A DNA stretch of 64,000 bases, from the IMG/VR virus record IMGVR_UViG_3300037067_008087, positions 18,397-82,396 of that record; one strand, 5' to 3'. Origin of the DNA: a virus (Duplodnaviria > Caudoviricetes). Shown here piece after piece: positions 47,561 to 56,864 of this stretch (position 1 is its first letter; every line of letters starts with the position of its first letter). The translations under genes were made by a program, and so were the position numbers. Under the pieces are notes generated by a model. The model saw only the letters and a program-made list of their open reading frames with translations, was not told the origin of the DNA and ran no database searches.

Positions 47561-49915
47561 ATAAGCATATGATGGATTAGAGTAAAACTTATCCCAATTA
47601 AATTCGTGGTTTTGTATTGCTGTTTCGGTTGTCCCGAATGCACTTTTAGCGCCTAATAAAGCCCACCCACACGCAGCGAACCTATCGTGGTTTGTCATAT
47701 CATCAAGGCCTTTTATTATCCTAACATCCTGAAGGAACTCTATATGTTTTTCTTTCTCGGCTCTTCTTGATACATAATCTCTAACCTCAAGGAACAGCCT
47801 CTCTTTATTCTTCTCCCCGGCATAAAATCCGGGTTTCTTATTGAATGTCCCGTCTGGGTTTTGTTGATATTTAAGATAACCCCCATATCCATTATCCACG
47901 AAATACTGCCAAAGGTCGTCTTTATTACGCTCAAACGCCAACATAGCACCATACAAATGGCACATCTTTAGCATATCAGAGCAGTATTCATCAAGACTTG
48001 GTGTACGGTTAAGATACGTACACACAAACCTACCAGAATCAGCATCCCTTATATCCTGACTACTTTCTATTGATGGATCATAATTCCAATAAACAGCCCC
48101 ACCACCATCTGAAAGTTTAGACCGATAAATCCTTTTACCCGTTTCACCTATCCCTCCGTAAGCAAATGAGTCGGCTCCTGCGGTAAAAGTTAATAAGTTA
48201 AGTGGCATACGTTGATTCTCAAACTGTTGTTTCTTTTCATTCCATATACTTGCACCATAAGTCCATAGATTATATTGAGACTCAAATCTTTCTATATCAC
48301 TCATCATAAATCTACCCGAATCCCTTCTTATAATAACAACCCTTGAAAACGGAACCCCATTCTCCCAGTCTAAATCACAGGCTTCAACCATTGGGTCTAC
48401 TTGTTGCCTGCGTTTTAATATAGCTATACACTTATCTAATAATGGATAATCAAACCCTAAATCCCCAGACCTACCAGCCCACATATCGGCTGACTTAAGG
48501 GGGTTTTTCTTTATTTTTAAATAGTACAGTTTCTGATCCTCAGGACGCCCGCTTGCAAGTAATGGTAATATATCCCTTTCTAAATATTCCTTAGCCCCTA
48601 TACCTAGTCTATTGTAAACAGCATGCGGTGGGGCAAACTGCATCTGTCTCTTGTTTGGTTTCTCAATAACACTCTGCCCCCAAGCATCTACAAACCCGTC
48701 ATGCCCATCCCATGAGTGAATCCATAGCCGCCTAACCCCACTCTTGGTTTGTCCATTTACCGGATTCCTAACATAGTAATTAGAGCTCCACCATTCAGAC
48801 TCGTATTCTGCCCCATTCTCTATGTCTTCTACTGTGGATGGGTGTTCTGAATATCCATGGATGATAGGGCCTTGGGATAATGTTAGTTTATTAACCTCCC
48901 ATCTATTTGTAATATCACTTCTTACGGCTCCCTTCCCCTTCTCATCCTCAAGAAGCCCATACAGCTGCCTAGAGTCATTTGCCCTTTCAGATGATGAGTC
49001 GGTGAACCCTATTACGCTATCAAGGAAATCATCATAATAAACATTCCCCGGGGGGCGTAACATTATACGCAATGTGTCAAAGCTTCCCTCCCATAACGGC
49101 ATTAACCATACGGGATATTCCCGTATAGCGGGGATTAACTTTTCAGTGAACATCTTTTTTGAGTGGTCTCCGGTGTCTGAAACTATAGTGCTATTAGCTC
49201 CACGCCTATAAAAAGAAATGTCTATGAGTTTATTTAAAGCCCTATTAGTATCCCCCCTTCTTCTTCTTTTGGGGTTCTGCACTCCATAAGAAGTCCTTAT
49301 ACCTATATCCTTGGGGATGAAATTACCATCTTTATCAACAATAGCGTTCCAGTTTTCATCCACCTCGAAAGTACCTGTATCTGTATAATTATGCAGCCCC
49401 CACAACTCTATCCTTCTATCAACATCCCTATATTCAGGACGTTCACCCGTGGGGAATATCCAGAAATTAAGATACCTGAAATGCCATGGGGTTATGTAAG
49501 TTGGCTTACCATCATTATAAAACCAATATCCATACCGTAAATGCCAATGCACTTTCTTAATGAACTTAATCTCTTCCTGATAAGAGTCAAATTCCTGTTC
49601 AAGAACCCTCCAGAACTCTTTCTGCCACCTATAGCCGTTAGGCTTCTCCCTGTTATTCCCGGTGTAGTCATTAATCAACACCTCTAAACACCTGCGTTCT
49701 AATGCTTTTAATCTTGGGGGGATAACCATCCTTCTGAACTTCTGGTCAGCCGGGAGCATACCATAGCCATCTATGTACTCAAGGGCGGGAGGGTCTGGCA
49801 GTCTTAATACTACAGGAATGAGGTCTTTATCTCCATCATTGAATACAACGTATTTATCATGAGGTTTATATTCTAACCCGGTTCTTTTAGACATCGGGTG
49901 TGGAGTGCCCAACAT
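47555..49915 (-). CDS. terL: Terminase large subunit
   Basis: Walker A-like PKRRRRGDT, Walker B LLEDEKG, nuclease motifs AGADSF, FERN and HDRF; directly upstream of the portal once the IS is ignored. Confidence 0.85.
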   Translation of the reverse strand: MLGTPHPMSKRTGLEYKPHDKYVVFNDGDKDLIPVVLRLPDPPALEYIDGYGMLPADQKFRRMVIPPRLKALERRCLEVLINDYTGNNREKPNGYRWQKEFWRVLEQEFDSYQEEIKFIKKVHWHLRYGYWFYNDGKPTYITPWHFRYLNFWIFPTGERPEYRDVDRRIELWGLHNYTDTGTFEVDENWNAIVDKDGNFIPKDIGIRTSYGVQNPKRRRRGDTNRALNKLIDISFYRRGANSTIVSDTGDHSKKMFTEKLIPAIREYPVWLMPLWEGSFDTLRIMLRPPGNVYYDDFLDSVIGFTDSSSERANDSRQLYGLLEDEKGKGAVRSDITNRWEVNKLTLSQGPIIHGYSEHPSTVEDIENGAEYESEWWSSNYYVRNPVNGQTKSGVRRLWIHSWDGHDGFVDAWGQSVIEKPNKRQMQFAPPHAVYNRLGIGAKEYLERDILPLLASGRPEDQKLYYLKIKKNPLKSADMWAGRSGDLGFDYPLLDKCIAILKRRQQVDPMVEACDLDWENGVPFSRVVIIRRDSGRFMMSDIERFESQYNLWTYGASIWNEKKQQFENQRMPLNLLTFTAGADSFAYGGIGETGKRIYRSKLSDGGGAVYWNYDPSIESSQDIRDADSGRFVCTYLNRTPSLDEYCSDMLKMCHLYGAMLAFERNKDDLWQYFVDNGYGGYLKYQQNPDGTFNKKPGFYAGEKNKERLFLEVRDYVSRRAEKEKHIEFLQDVRIIKGLDDMTNHDRFAACGWALLGAKSAFGTTETAIQNHEFNWDKFYSNPSYAYS

Positions 49916-50570
49916 AAGTTAATTTATTAGGAACATAGTCGTTGGGGTATGGATTCCAGTCATTTAAATCCCCACCCTCTTCAATAGCCCTTACTATAGC
50001 TTCTGGTATAAAATCAAGCTCTACTTTTTTTGTGGCGGCATATAAAGCCTTACGCATATTATTAACCTCTTCTCCTCCGAACATAAGTTTCTCGTGGTTG
50101 AGAAGTTTGGTTTGTAGGTCATCAATCATCTTTGCGGTATCCTTATCAGACTCCCTAAAGGATTTCTCCAATACCTTGTAATACATGTGGGTGTAAGCGG
50201 CATGCGCTACAACAAATATATTATTAGCCAAAAAACAATATTGAACTATAGCCGCGTTAACAGAATCAACCTGTCCGACGATCATATCCTCTATCTCATC
50301 ACTAAACCTATTGCTTTTATTTAATTTAAAACCAGCTATCTGCGCAGCCACCCTCTTACGCATGGGATAAAACTCCACTTTACTTCTTAATTCACTTACG
50401 GGGTCATACAATACCGCTATATAAGTCAAAACCTGCTCAGCAGGTATTTGGCATTTAAGATCAAAAGCTTGGTGCTTCTTGATCAACTCTTTCACGAATC
50501 CTTTGTTTTTGGGATTAGCATAGAATCCCGAAGTGTCTATATCCTCTAGCGTTACCTCATCGTAATTCAT
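49887..50570 (-). CDS. Hypothetical protein, candidate terminase small subunit
   Basis: 227 aa, helical, overlaps the terL start. Inferred from position only. Confidence 0.4.
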   Translation of the reverse strand: MNYDEVTLEDIDTSGFYANPKNKGFVKELIKKHQAFDLKCQIPAEQVLTYIAVLYDPVSELRSKVEFYPMRKRVAAQIAGFKLNKSNRFSDEIEDMIVGQVDSVNAAIVQYCFLANNIFVVAHAAYTHMYYKVLEKSFRESDKDTAKMIDDLQTKLLNHEKLMFGGEEVNNMRKALYAATKKVELDFIPEAIVRAIEEGGDLNDWNPYPNDYVPNKLTYVGHSTPDV

Positions 50571-50582
50571 TTATGATTATAT

Positions 50583-50825
50583 TTATTTCTTCATTTTAAG
50601 GAAACCAAAAGTAATGCCCTCTATTACAGAATCCTTTACTAATATCAAGCCGTATCCTAAAAGGAACATAGGGATAATTTCAGTACCCACCTTAAACTGT
50701 ATTGGTGTTTTATGTATAACATCCACTATGTTGGCATAAATCATAAACAAAGTAAATGCCATTATCGGCACACCCAATGCTGTTGTTACGACATTTTTCC
50801 ATATTCTATCTTTTGTGTCGCCCAT
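50583..50825 (-). CDS. Two-TM membrane protein, holin-like
   Basis: 80 aa with two hydrophobic segments and a basic C-terminus (FLKMKK). Confidence 0.5.
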   Translation of the reverse strand: MGDTKDRIWKNVVTTALGVPIMAFTLFMIYANIVDVIHKTPIQFKVGTEIIPMFLLGYGLILVKDSVIEGITFGFLKMKK

Positions 50826-50831
50826 AATATT

Positions 50832-53800
50832 TTAGTTAAACGTTACCGTCATCTGAAACCCTGTCCCCACCTGTCCATTTCGGTCGCTCTCGAATATCAC
50901 GTACATATACCTACCGGTTGAACTACATGAATTACCAACCGTTGGGAAGTTGGTTGTCAGTGCGCTTCCGTGCCGTCCTATAAGAGTTGATCCCGCCACG
51001 TTGCCGTCATAAATCTTTACTATGTCGTATTGCACGGTTGTACTGTTATCCAAGTCCATTGCATTGACGGTAAGGGTGACTGTATTCCCTGCACCGGCAT
51101 CAATTAACCATGCTTCGGTAACTTGTTCACTGTAATTACTGCCATATTCGCTGTTAGTAAAAGTCTGTTCAGTGGTAATGAGTGTCTGGTATTGGTATGT
51201 CTCTCCCGTGATCGGATAGGGCACGTCAAGTGTGCCTTCAACTAACCCCACAATTGGTGTTTCCGGTGTCCATAAAACAATGTTATCCCAATATACGTGG
51301 GTATCTTCATCTTGGCGATATTCGTCAGAGGCGCCCCCTTGAAAGTATGTAAATTCAAGAATATCTATAAGGTTATTCATGAGGGTAGCGTCCTCATAAA
51401 AGCGGTAATTGCTATATTGATAAATTGGTATGTCGTTATAAAATATCTCTATTATGCCGTCTGAGTTGGCTGCCGATGAATTCATTTCAGCATGAATCGT
51501 AAGTTTATACCACACCCCCGGTAGGAAGTAATTTGTATTAGTTCCGAAACTCGGATAATTGATATTATTGCCGTAGCCAGTTGGCCAATGGTTATAATAG
51601 TAGTGCGAAAGCTGTCCGCCCATGAGAAATTGAGGCACAACATAAAATCCTTCATCTTCGCCGGGCTCCTCAAGCAAAAAATTCCAAGGAGTTCCTTTAA
51701 TCCCGAAATTCTTGCCCCCTCCGGAAGACGACCAGTTGGTTAAATCGTCATCCCCATACTTTATGTCCATTGATATCCATATATCGCTGTACCCTGATCC
51801 GTTATTAAGAGGATAATCCCAGAAATATAACTGGCTATATGTTTCTGCTGGATATGTTAACTGTAGTGCCTTGTTCGAAACATCACCATTCATTGATTCA
51901 GTAACGATATTTAGCTTATCCTCATGCCCGGAGTCAATATAAGCTGTTGAACCCGAAAAATAACTCTCTATTTCCGCTTCGGTAAATTGACCTAAAGTCT
52001 GATCTTCAAAGTTCCAATACTCCAATATTTCAAAGTCAGCAAGTGGGTCAACTATTGTTAATTCCTCCCATGTTACGTTAGATATATAAAATGTAGAACT
52101 TGATCCCCCTATGTCAAACGTTATCTTTGCACTATAATGGTCTACATCTGAATAGTATTGAGAATAAACTCTTGTTGTGCCACTATTGTCTACATTATAT
52201 TCTTCTCTATAAAACATACGGGTTCCCGCCTTAGCTAACAAATAATTTCTATTGCTAGCAGATCGTATTGTATAACTTAAACGATATATTTTGCCCTGCA
52301 CCAAATCCACAGTATGTCCAATTCTAATATCTGTAGTGCTTGATCCGGGTGTGTTAACCGTTACCACTAACTCACCACCAGAATAACTTAATGATGCCTC
52401 TGCCGTGGGAGTTGTGCCATCGCTATCAAAACACCCCCAGTTATCTGTAGAACTAGCAAAGTTAGATTGGTAAATAACAGTTGAATCAAATGCCACCGGG
52501 GTTGGATATGGATCAACGAACAGCGCTTGCTCAACCTCCTCCATATAATCCCCATCTGTAAAAACACCAAAGTCCGCATCAAAATCCCATATACACCAAG
52601 ACCACCCCTTCGACTCAAACCAACGGGACAGGAAATTAAAATAAGGGGCACGGGCCGTTGTGTCGTCTGCTAACGTATATACACCAAACTCACCTATATG
52701 TATCGGTACATTATTGTTAGCAGCCCTAAATTCATCCACATAAGCAAAATCTCCAATTATAACATCCATAAAAGGTTGAATAGCATACCACGGAGTACCA
52801 CACCATGTTTCAGATAAATACCCCCCACCCGGCAACTCTAATCCCCATGCTGCACATTGATGTGTTAGTGTGCGGGGATCATAATAATGTAAAGAAACTA
52901 TAAGCCTATCGTCATCCGGTAATACGAGATATGGCAAACCCTTTACGCCCGCCCAATAGCCGGGAGATAACATTATATATTTATCGGTATCATAAGCCCT
53001 TATGGAATCTACCGCACGAGCAGCAAGGTCGTTCCATTGAGTTAGTGTTAGATCATAATGTGGTTCATTGACTAGTTCATATACAACTTCCGTTGTGTCA
53101 TAAGAGCTTAACGTGCTTGCTATCTGTGTCCAATGGGAAAGATATTCATTTATATTATCTGATGTATAACTTACCGTCCATGCTGGTGAATGATAGTCAA
53201 TAAGAGCCACCATGCCTCTTGACACACAACTATCAACCATATCAGTTAAATACCCCAATACAGATTCATTTATAACATTACCAGCCCCGTTATCAGCAAA
53301 TCCATATAAAACCAACCTAACATGATTAAAATGTTCAGCAAGACCATCCCATTCTGTCTTTGTGTAGTTAGGGACAAGATTAGAATTACTTACAACCCCG
53401 TATGCGTTAGCCCCACGCCCCAACATTTGTACCACTGTTGTGTCGTCATACTCTGGAGTTGGAGCTACATATGAGTAGGTAGGATCATAAGCAGCTCCAT
53501 TATAATAAGGGATATATTGCACCCCACCCCTATTTAAAACATATTGAGTAGGGTTGTATCCGACAGGAGGAGTACCTTCATCATATAAAATAAAATTAGT
53601 AGCCCCATTGTCATATAATGAATCAATCTGAGAATCACTAAGGGCATAATCATAATATTGAAAATTATCAATATTCCCCCCAAACGAACTATAACTTGTT
53701 GGTGTAAAATTACCCATAGTTAAAGTACCAGTAAGACTAATAGGGTCTGACATTACTGAATCAGATGTCTGATCTGTCCCGTTTATAAATATTCTTCCAT

Positions 53801-54263
53801 AACCCAAGTCTTCATTATACTTAATAAAAACAACATGAGTCCACTCCCCATAAGTGTAAACAGCATTACCCGTCAAGGCATCATTATCTCCATAAGCATC
53901 CCTAAAGTGTATATTACGATTAGCACAGTCCATATATGCCTTTAACTCATTAATCCCAAATGTAAAAAGATAAGGATATCCTGATGTTTTGCTTGTTTTA
54001 AACCACATGGAAATAGCATAGCCGCTTCCTGTATTAAGATTTGTGGTTGATGTGGCTGTTACATGATGCTGTAATCCATCACCAAAAACAACAGAATGTG
54101 TTGGTTCCTCGTATGTTGCACTACTGTATGTTATCCCTGACGACGTAAAGGTATAATTACCCATACTATCGGTAGCAGCATTATTGAAAAATACCGCCAT
54201 CCGTGGTTGTTGTCCTAAAACAGTTGCGCTTAATATAGATAATACAATGATTAAATATCTCAT
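50832..54263 (-). CDS. Signal-peptide-bearing multidomain CAZyme: LamG + GH5 + CBM-like + PL14-like + CUB
   Basis: MRYLIIVLSILSATVLG-Q; LamG (ISMWFK, WTHVV, IDNFQYYDYALS); GH5 (NHVRL, IDYH, ELVNEPH, LHYY, IGEFG, WCIWD); GGGKNFG; CUB (YDIVKIYDG...STGRYMYVIFESD...GF). Confidence 0.8.
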   Translation of the reverse strand: MRYLIIVLSILSATVLGQQPRMAVFFNNAATDSMGNYTFTSSGITYSSATYEEPTHSVVFGDGLQHHVTATSTTNLNTGSGYAISMWFKTSKTSGYPYLFTFGINELKAYMDCANRNIHFRDAYGDNDALTGNAVYTYGEWTHVVFIKYNEDLGYGRIFINGTDQTSDSVMSDPISLTGTLTMGNFTPTSYSSFGGNIDNFQYYDYALSDSQIDSLYDNGATNFILYDEGTPPVGYNPTQYVLNRGGVQYIPYYNGAAYDPTYSYVAPTPEYDDTTVVQMLGRGANAYGVVSNSNLVPNYTKTEWDGLAEHFNHVRLVLYGFADNGAGNVINESVLGYLTDMVDSCVSRGMVALIDYHSPAWTVSYTSDNINEYLSHWTQIASTLSSYDTTEVVYELVNEPHYDLTLTQWNDLAARAVDSIRAYDTDKYIMLSPGYWAGVKGLPYLVLPDDDRLIVSLHYYDPRTLTHQCAAWGLELPGGGYLSETWCGTPWYAIQPFMDVIIGDFAYVDEFRAANNNVPIHIGEFGVYTLADDTTARAPYFNFLSRWFESKGWSWCIWDFDADFGVFTDGDYMEEVEQALFVDPYPTPVAFDSTVIYQSNFASSTDNWGCFDSDGTTPTAEASLSYSGGELVVTVNTPGSSTTDIRIGHTVDLVQGKIYRLSYTIRSASNRNYLLAKAGTRMFYREEYNVDNSGTTRVYSQYYSDVDHYSAKITFDIGGSSSTFYISNVTWEELTIVDPLADFEILEYWNFEDQTLGQFTEAEIESYFSGSTAYIDSGHEDKLNIVTESMNGDVSNKALQLTYPAETYSQLYFWDYPLNNGSGYSDIWISMDIKYGDDDLTNWSSSGGGKNFGIKGTPWNFLLEEPGEDEGFYVVPQFLMGGQLSHYYYNHWPTGYGNNINYPSFGTNTNYFLPGVWYKLTIHAEMNSSAANSDGIIEIFYNDIPIYQYSNYRFYEDATLMNNLIDILEFTYFQGGASDEYRQDEDTHVYWDNIVLWTPETPIVGLVEGTLDVPYPITGETYQYQTLITTEQTFTNSEYGSNYSEQVTEAWLIDAGAGNTVTLTVNAMDLDNSTTVQYDIVKIYDGNVAGSTLIGRHGSALTTNFPTVGNSCSSTGRYMYVIFESDRNGQVGTGFQMTVTFN

Positions 54264-55720
54264 TCCCTTCTTTTTGTTTTCTTCTCTAATTTATCTATCC
54301 GCTTCTCAAGTTCCTCCTGCTTCCTCTCAACTGCTGCTATGTTTCTAAGATTTAATTCTATAGCAGCCTGTAGTGCTTGTAAATATTCCATTGGATTAAG
54401 TGATGTGGGTACAAATGTTGATTTTACATTCCCGTCTTTATCGGTATAAAACCATTCTACCTCCCCTTTCTTTTGGTCTTTTAGCCTTTCCTGAGCTGTT
54501 TTAAGATTCAATTTTAAAGCAAATGCTGCTGCCGCTAATGATCCACTATCAATACCACCCCTATATCCAGTGCCAACAAGCCAAAACAAGTCATCCCCAC
54601 CAGACAGATAACCTAATACTAATGTATCAGCTACGTGTAATTCATCACCTACATCTAAGGAATCGTCTATAACCATATTACCTACAAACCTTGATGTATC
54701 TGCTGCATATACACCACCTGCTGCTGTTGTGCTGAACCCCGTACTTGAGAATGCAGTTCCCCACAAAGTGCCATCGTAATTAAGCCTTGTGGTATTTGTG
54801 GGGGCTGTTGTACCTGTGTAGAAATAACCAGATGTCTTTGTTGTTCCACTTGTATTTAACACACTAGACCTGATATCAGATGATAAATAAATATTAGTAG
54901 AGTAAAGGCTTCCATTATAATTTAATCTTGTAGTAGATGAAGGGTTTGTTGTTCCATTATCAAAATACCCGGCAGTTGATGTTGTCCCGCTTGTATTTAA
55001 GACGGAACTATTAATATCGGTAATTGACGTAAGTTTGTATGCATGCAGATTCCCACCAAAATTCATCCTATTAGTGGAGTTTGGGTCTGTGGTTCCAGTA
55101 TAGAACGCCCCAGATGTTCGTGTTGATCCTGTAAACTGGAAATCAGAAGTCCCTTCTATTGCAGAAGAACTAGTCCATACTGCCACATAGCCATCTGCCG
55201 GAGTTCCCGTTACGGTAACATCACCAGTTCCACTCCCTCCCTCTAGTGCTATAATTCTTGTGTTATGGGATTGCAAGGTGTCTGTATGCAGGTCTATTGA
55301 ATCCTGTAAAGAAACCAACCCAGCTGCATTTGTATTTATCCTTGTGTTGTGTAATTGCAGTGTATCTGTGTGAATATCAATAGAGTCTTGTTTTGATTCA
55401 ATGCTAGTTAGGTTTGTGTTTATCCTAGTGTTATGCAACTGTAATGTATCTGTATGGGCATCAATGGAGTCCTGCAAACTTCCTATCCCACTTGGGACAG
55501 AACTGTCTACATATTTCTTAACAGCATATTCTGTTGGTATAGCACTAGAATCAGTGTCTGTTAGCGTGGTGTCATTAGACAGGCTTTTAACCCACAACGT
55601 CCAGTCATCGCTTTTAAACGACAGGCTGTCAGCCCGAGCCCCTCCTATCTTGGGCTGTACTTGGCACATTGCAAACAGGGGTATGATAACAAGGATTGAT
55701 AAAATAATATATCTTTTCAT
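54260..55720 (-). CDS. Trimeric tail-fibre-like protein with an N-terminal signal peptide
   Basis: Real start MKRYIILSILVIIPLFAMC-Q at 55720. Three QDSIDxHTDTLQxHNTRI coiled-coil repeats, three GTTxP..T.RxNxxG repeats, and a C-terminal coiled coil like those ending fibre chaperone domains. Confidence 0.7.
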   Translation of the reverse strand: MKRYIILSILVIIPLFAMCQVQPKIGGARADSLSFKSDDWTLWVKSLSNDTTLTDTDSSAIPTEYAVKKYVDSSVPSGIGSLQDSIDAHTDTLQLHNTRINTNLTSIESKQDSIDIHTDTLQLHNTRINTNAAGLVSLQDSIDLHTDTLQSHNTRIIALEGGSGTGDVTVTGTPADGYVAVWTSSSAIEGTSDFQFTGSTRTSGAFYTGTTDPNSTNRMNFGGNLHAYKLTSITDINSSVLNTSGTTSTAGYFDNGTTNPSSTTRLNYNGSLYSTNIYLSSDIRSSVLNTSGTTKTSGYFYTGTTAPTNTTRLNYDGTLWGTAFSSTGFSTTAAGGVYAADTSRFVGNMVIDDSLDVGDELHVADTLVLGYLSGGDDLFWLVGTGYRGGIDSGSLAAAAFALKLNLKTAQERLKDQKKGEVEWFYTDKDGNVKSTFVPTSLNPMEYLQALQAAIELNLRNIAAVERKQEELEKRIDKLEKKTKRRE

Positions 55721-55730
55721 AATAATAAAT

Positions 55731-56195
55731 TTATACAAGGAGTGCGCGATAATCAATAAATCCATCATCCGCAACCTCGATTGTGAAACCTGCCGTTGTT
55801 TTGTCATAGAATTTATAACTTAAGAAATCCCCATTTGCATCATAAGAAGTTATAAATAATGCGTAATCAGCTGAGGATAATGATATTGGGAATGTAATGG
55901 TGTTTTCGCCAGCTGTTACAGCGACAGCCTTTGCGCTAGCAGCTTCAGATTCAAGCCCGGAAATAATTAAAGTGGGGGCTGTAAGTGTTGTTTCATAGAG
56001 TTCTTCAAGTGCATCAAGTGCTGTAGTCATATTAGCAGAGCTATTTTCCATAGCCCCCAAACAATAAAGAGCTATCAGCTTAGCACTTTTTGTTTCTATT
56101 ATAGCCTTTTGAGCCACTGTCCTGTATATCTTGCTTGAAAGAGCATCTAGGTATTCTTCATAAGATGCGTAGGCTGTTGAATGAACTGTTGCCAT
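55731..56195 (-). CDS. Putative tail-fibre adaptor/structural protein (no signal peptide)
   Basis: 154 aa; helical N-half and a beta C-half (NTITFPISLSSADY...KTTAGFTI) resembling fibre C-terminal modules; heads the fibre operon. Confidence 0.45.
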   Translation of the reverse strand: MATVHSTAYASYEEYLDALSSKIYRTVAQKAIIETKSAKLIALYCLGAMENSSANMTTALDALEELYETTLTAPTLIISGLESEAASAKAVAVTAGENTITFPISLSSADYALFITSYDANGDFLSYKFYDKTTAGFTIEVADDGFIDYRALLV

Positions 56196-56208
56196 AATTT
56201 CTTTTTTG

Positions 56209-56239
56209 CAAATTTACGGAATCTGCTGATAATGGTTTT
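56209..56239 (-). promoter_or_regulatory. Promoter with an extended conserved upstream element
   Basis: 26/31 identical to 39682..39712 with the same spacing. Confidence 0.6.
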
Positions 56240-56265
56240 TATATAGATGTTGTATAAAACAACAT

Positions 56266-56760
56266 TTAAGCAATAAACCATTTTCGTAATTGCTTTTTGA
56301 AAAAATCAAAATCATTTCTTATTATGTCGTTTGATACGCGGCGAACCCTATAACCCAATGCCTCAATCTTTGCGTCTCGTATTTTGTCTTTTAATAAACC
56401 ATCATCTGTGTAATGTTGGCATCCGTCAACTTCTAAAATAATTCTACTGTCTGGAAAATAAAAGTCTGCAATGTAAAATTTCCTTGGGTTGATAAATATA
56501 GACTTTTGAAATTTGTGTTTAACACCAATAGATGAAAGGTATTGTTCTACCATAATTTCTTCCGGTATCGCCCCCATCCTTAAATCTTCTTCATATTGCT
56601 TAGCTATATTTTGTTTTTTATTAACTTTCTTTTTGCGCCTCTTTTTATGTTTGGTTACTTTATAGCAACCCATTCTCTTTCGCATTTCGGCATCCTCAAC
56701 CTCCATACGTTTTTTTAACCAATTAGTTTTACCCCTCCACTCTAAAGTCATAAAATACAA
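56266..56760 (-). CDS. DUF559 (Vsr-like) endonuclease
   Basis: FYIADFYF, LEVDGCQH, RDAKIEALGYRVRRVSN. Confidence 0.85.
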   Translation of the reverse strand: MYFMTLEWRGKTNWLKKRMEVEDAEMRKRMGCYKVTKHKKRRKKKVNKKQNIAKQYEEDLRMGAIPEEIMVEQYLSSIGVKHKFQKSIFINPRKFYIADFYFPDSRIILEVDGCQHYTDDGLLKDKIRDAKIEALGYRVRRVSNDIIRNDFDFFKKQLRKWFIA

Positions 56761-56864
56761 ATATTAGGGTTAAAAAAATAACCCCTATAAAAAACTAACA
56801 TACTCTTTAATCAGCAACCTGACTCCGGGATAGATTTAATATATATCTATATTATATATATATA

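Noticed and set aside
46409-47572. 387 aa plus-strand ORF antisense to tnpB
   Set aside because: A shadow ORF with no recognisable motifs, fully explained by the opposite-strand tnpB codon pattern.
15907-54263. Type IX secretion C-terminal domains on the secreted enzymes
   Set aside because: The C-termini end in NodB-like and CUB domains, without the typical T9SS CTD pattern.
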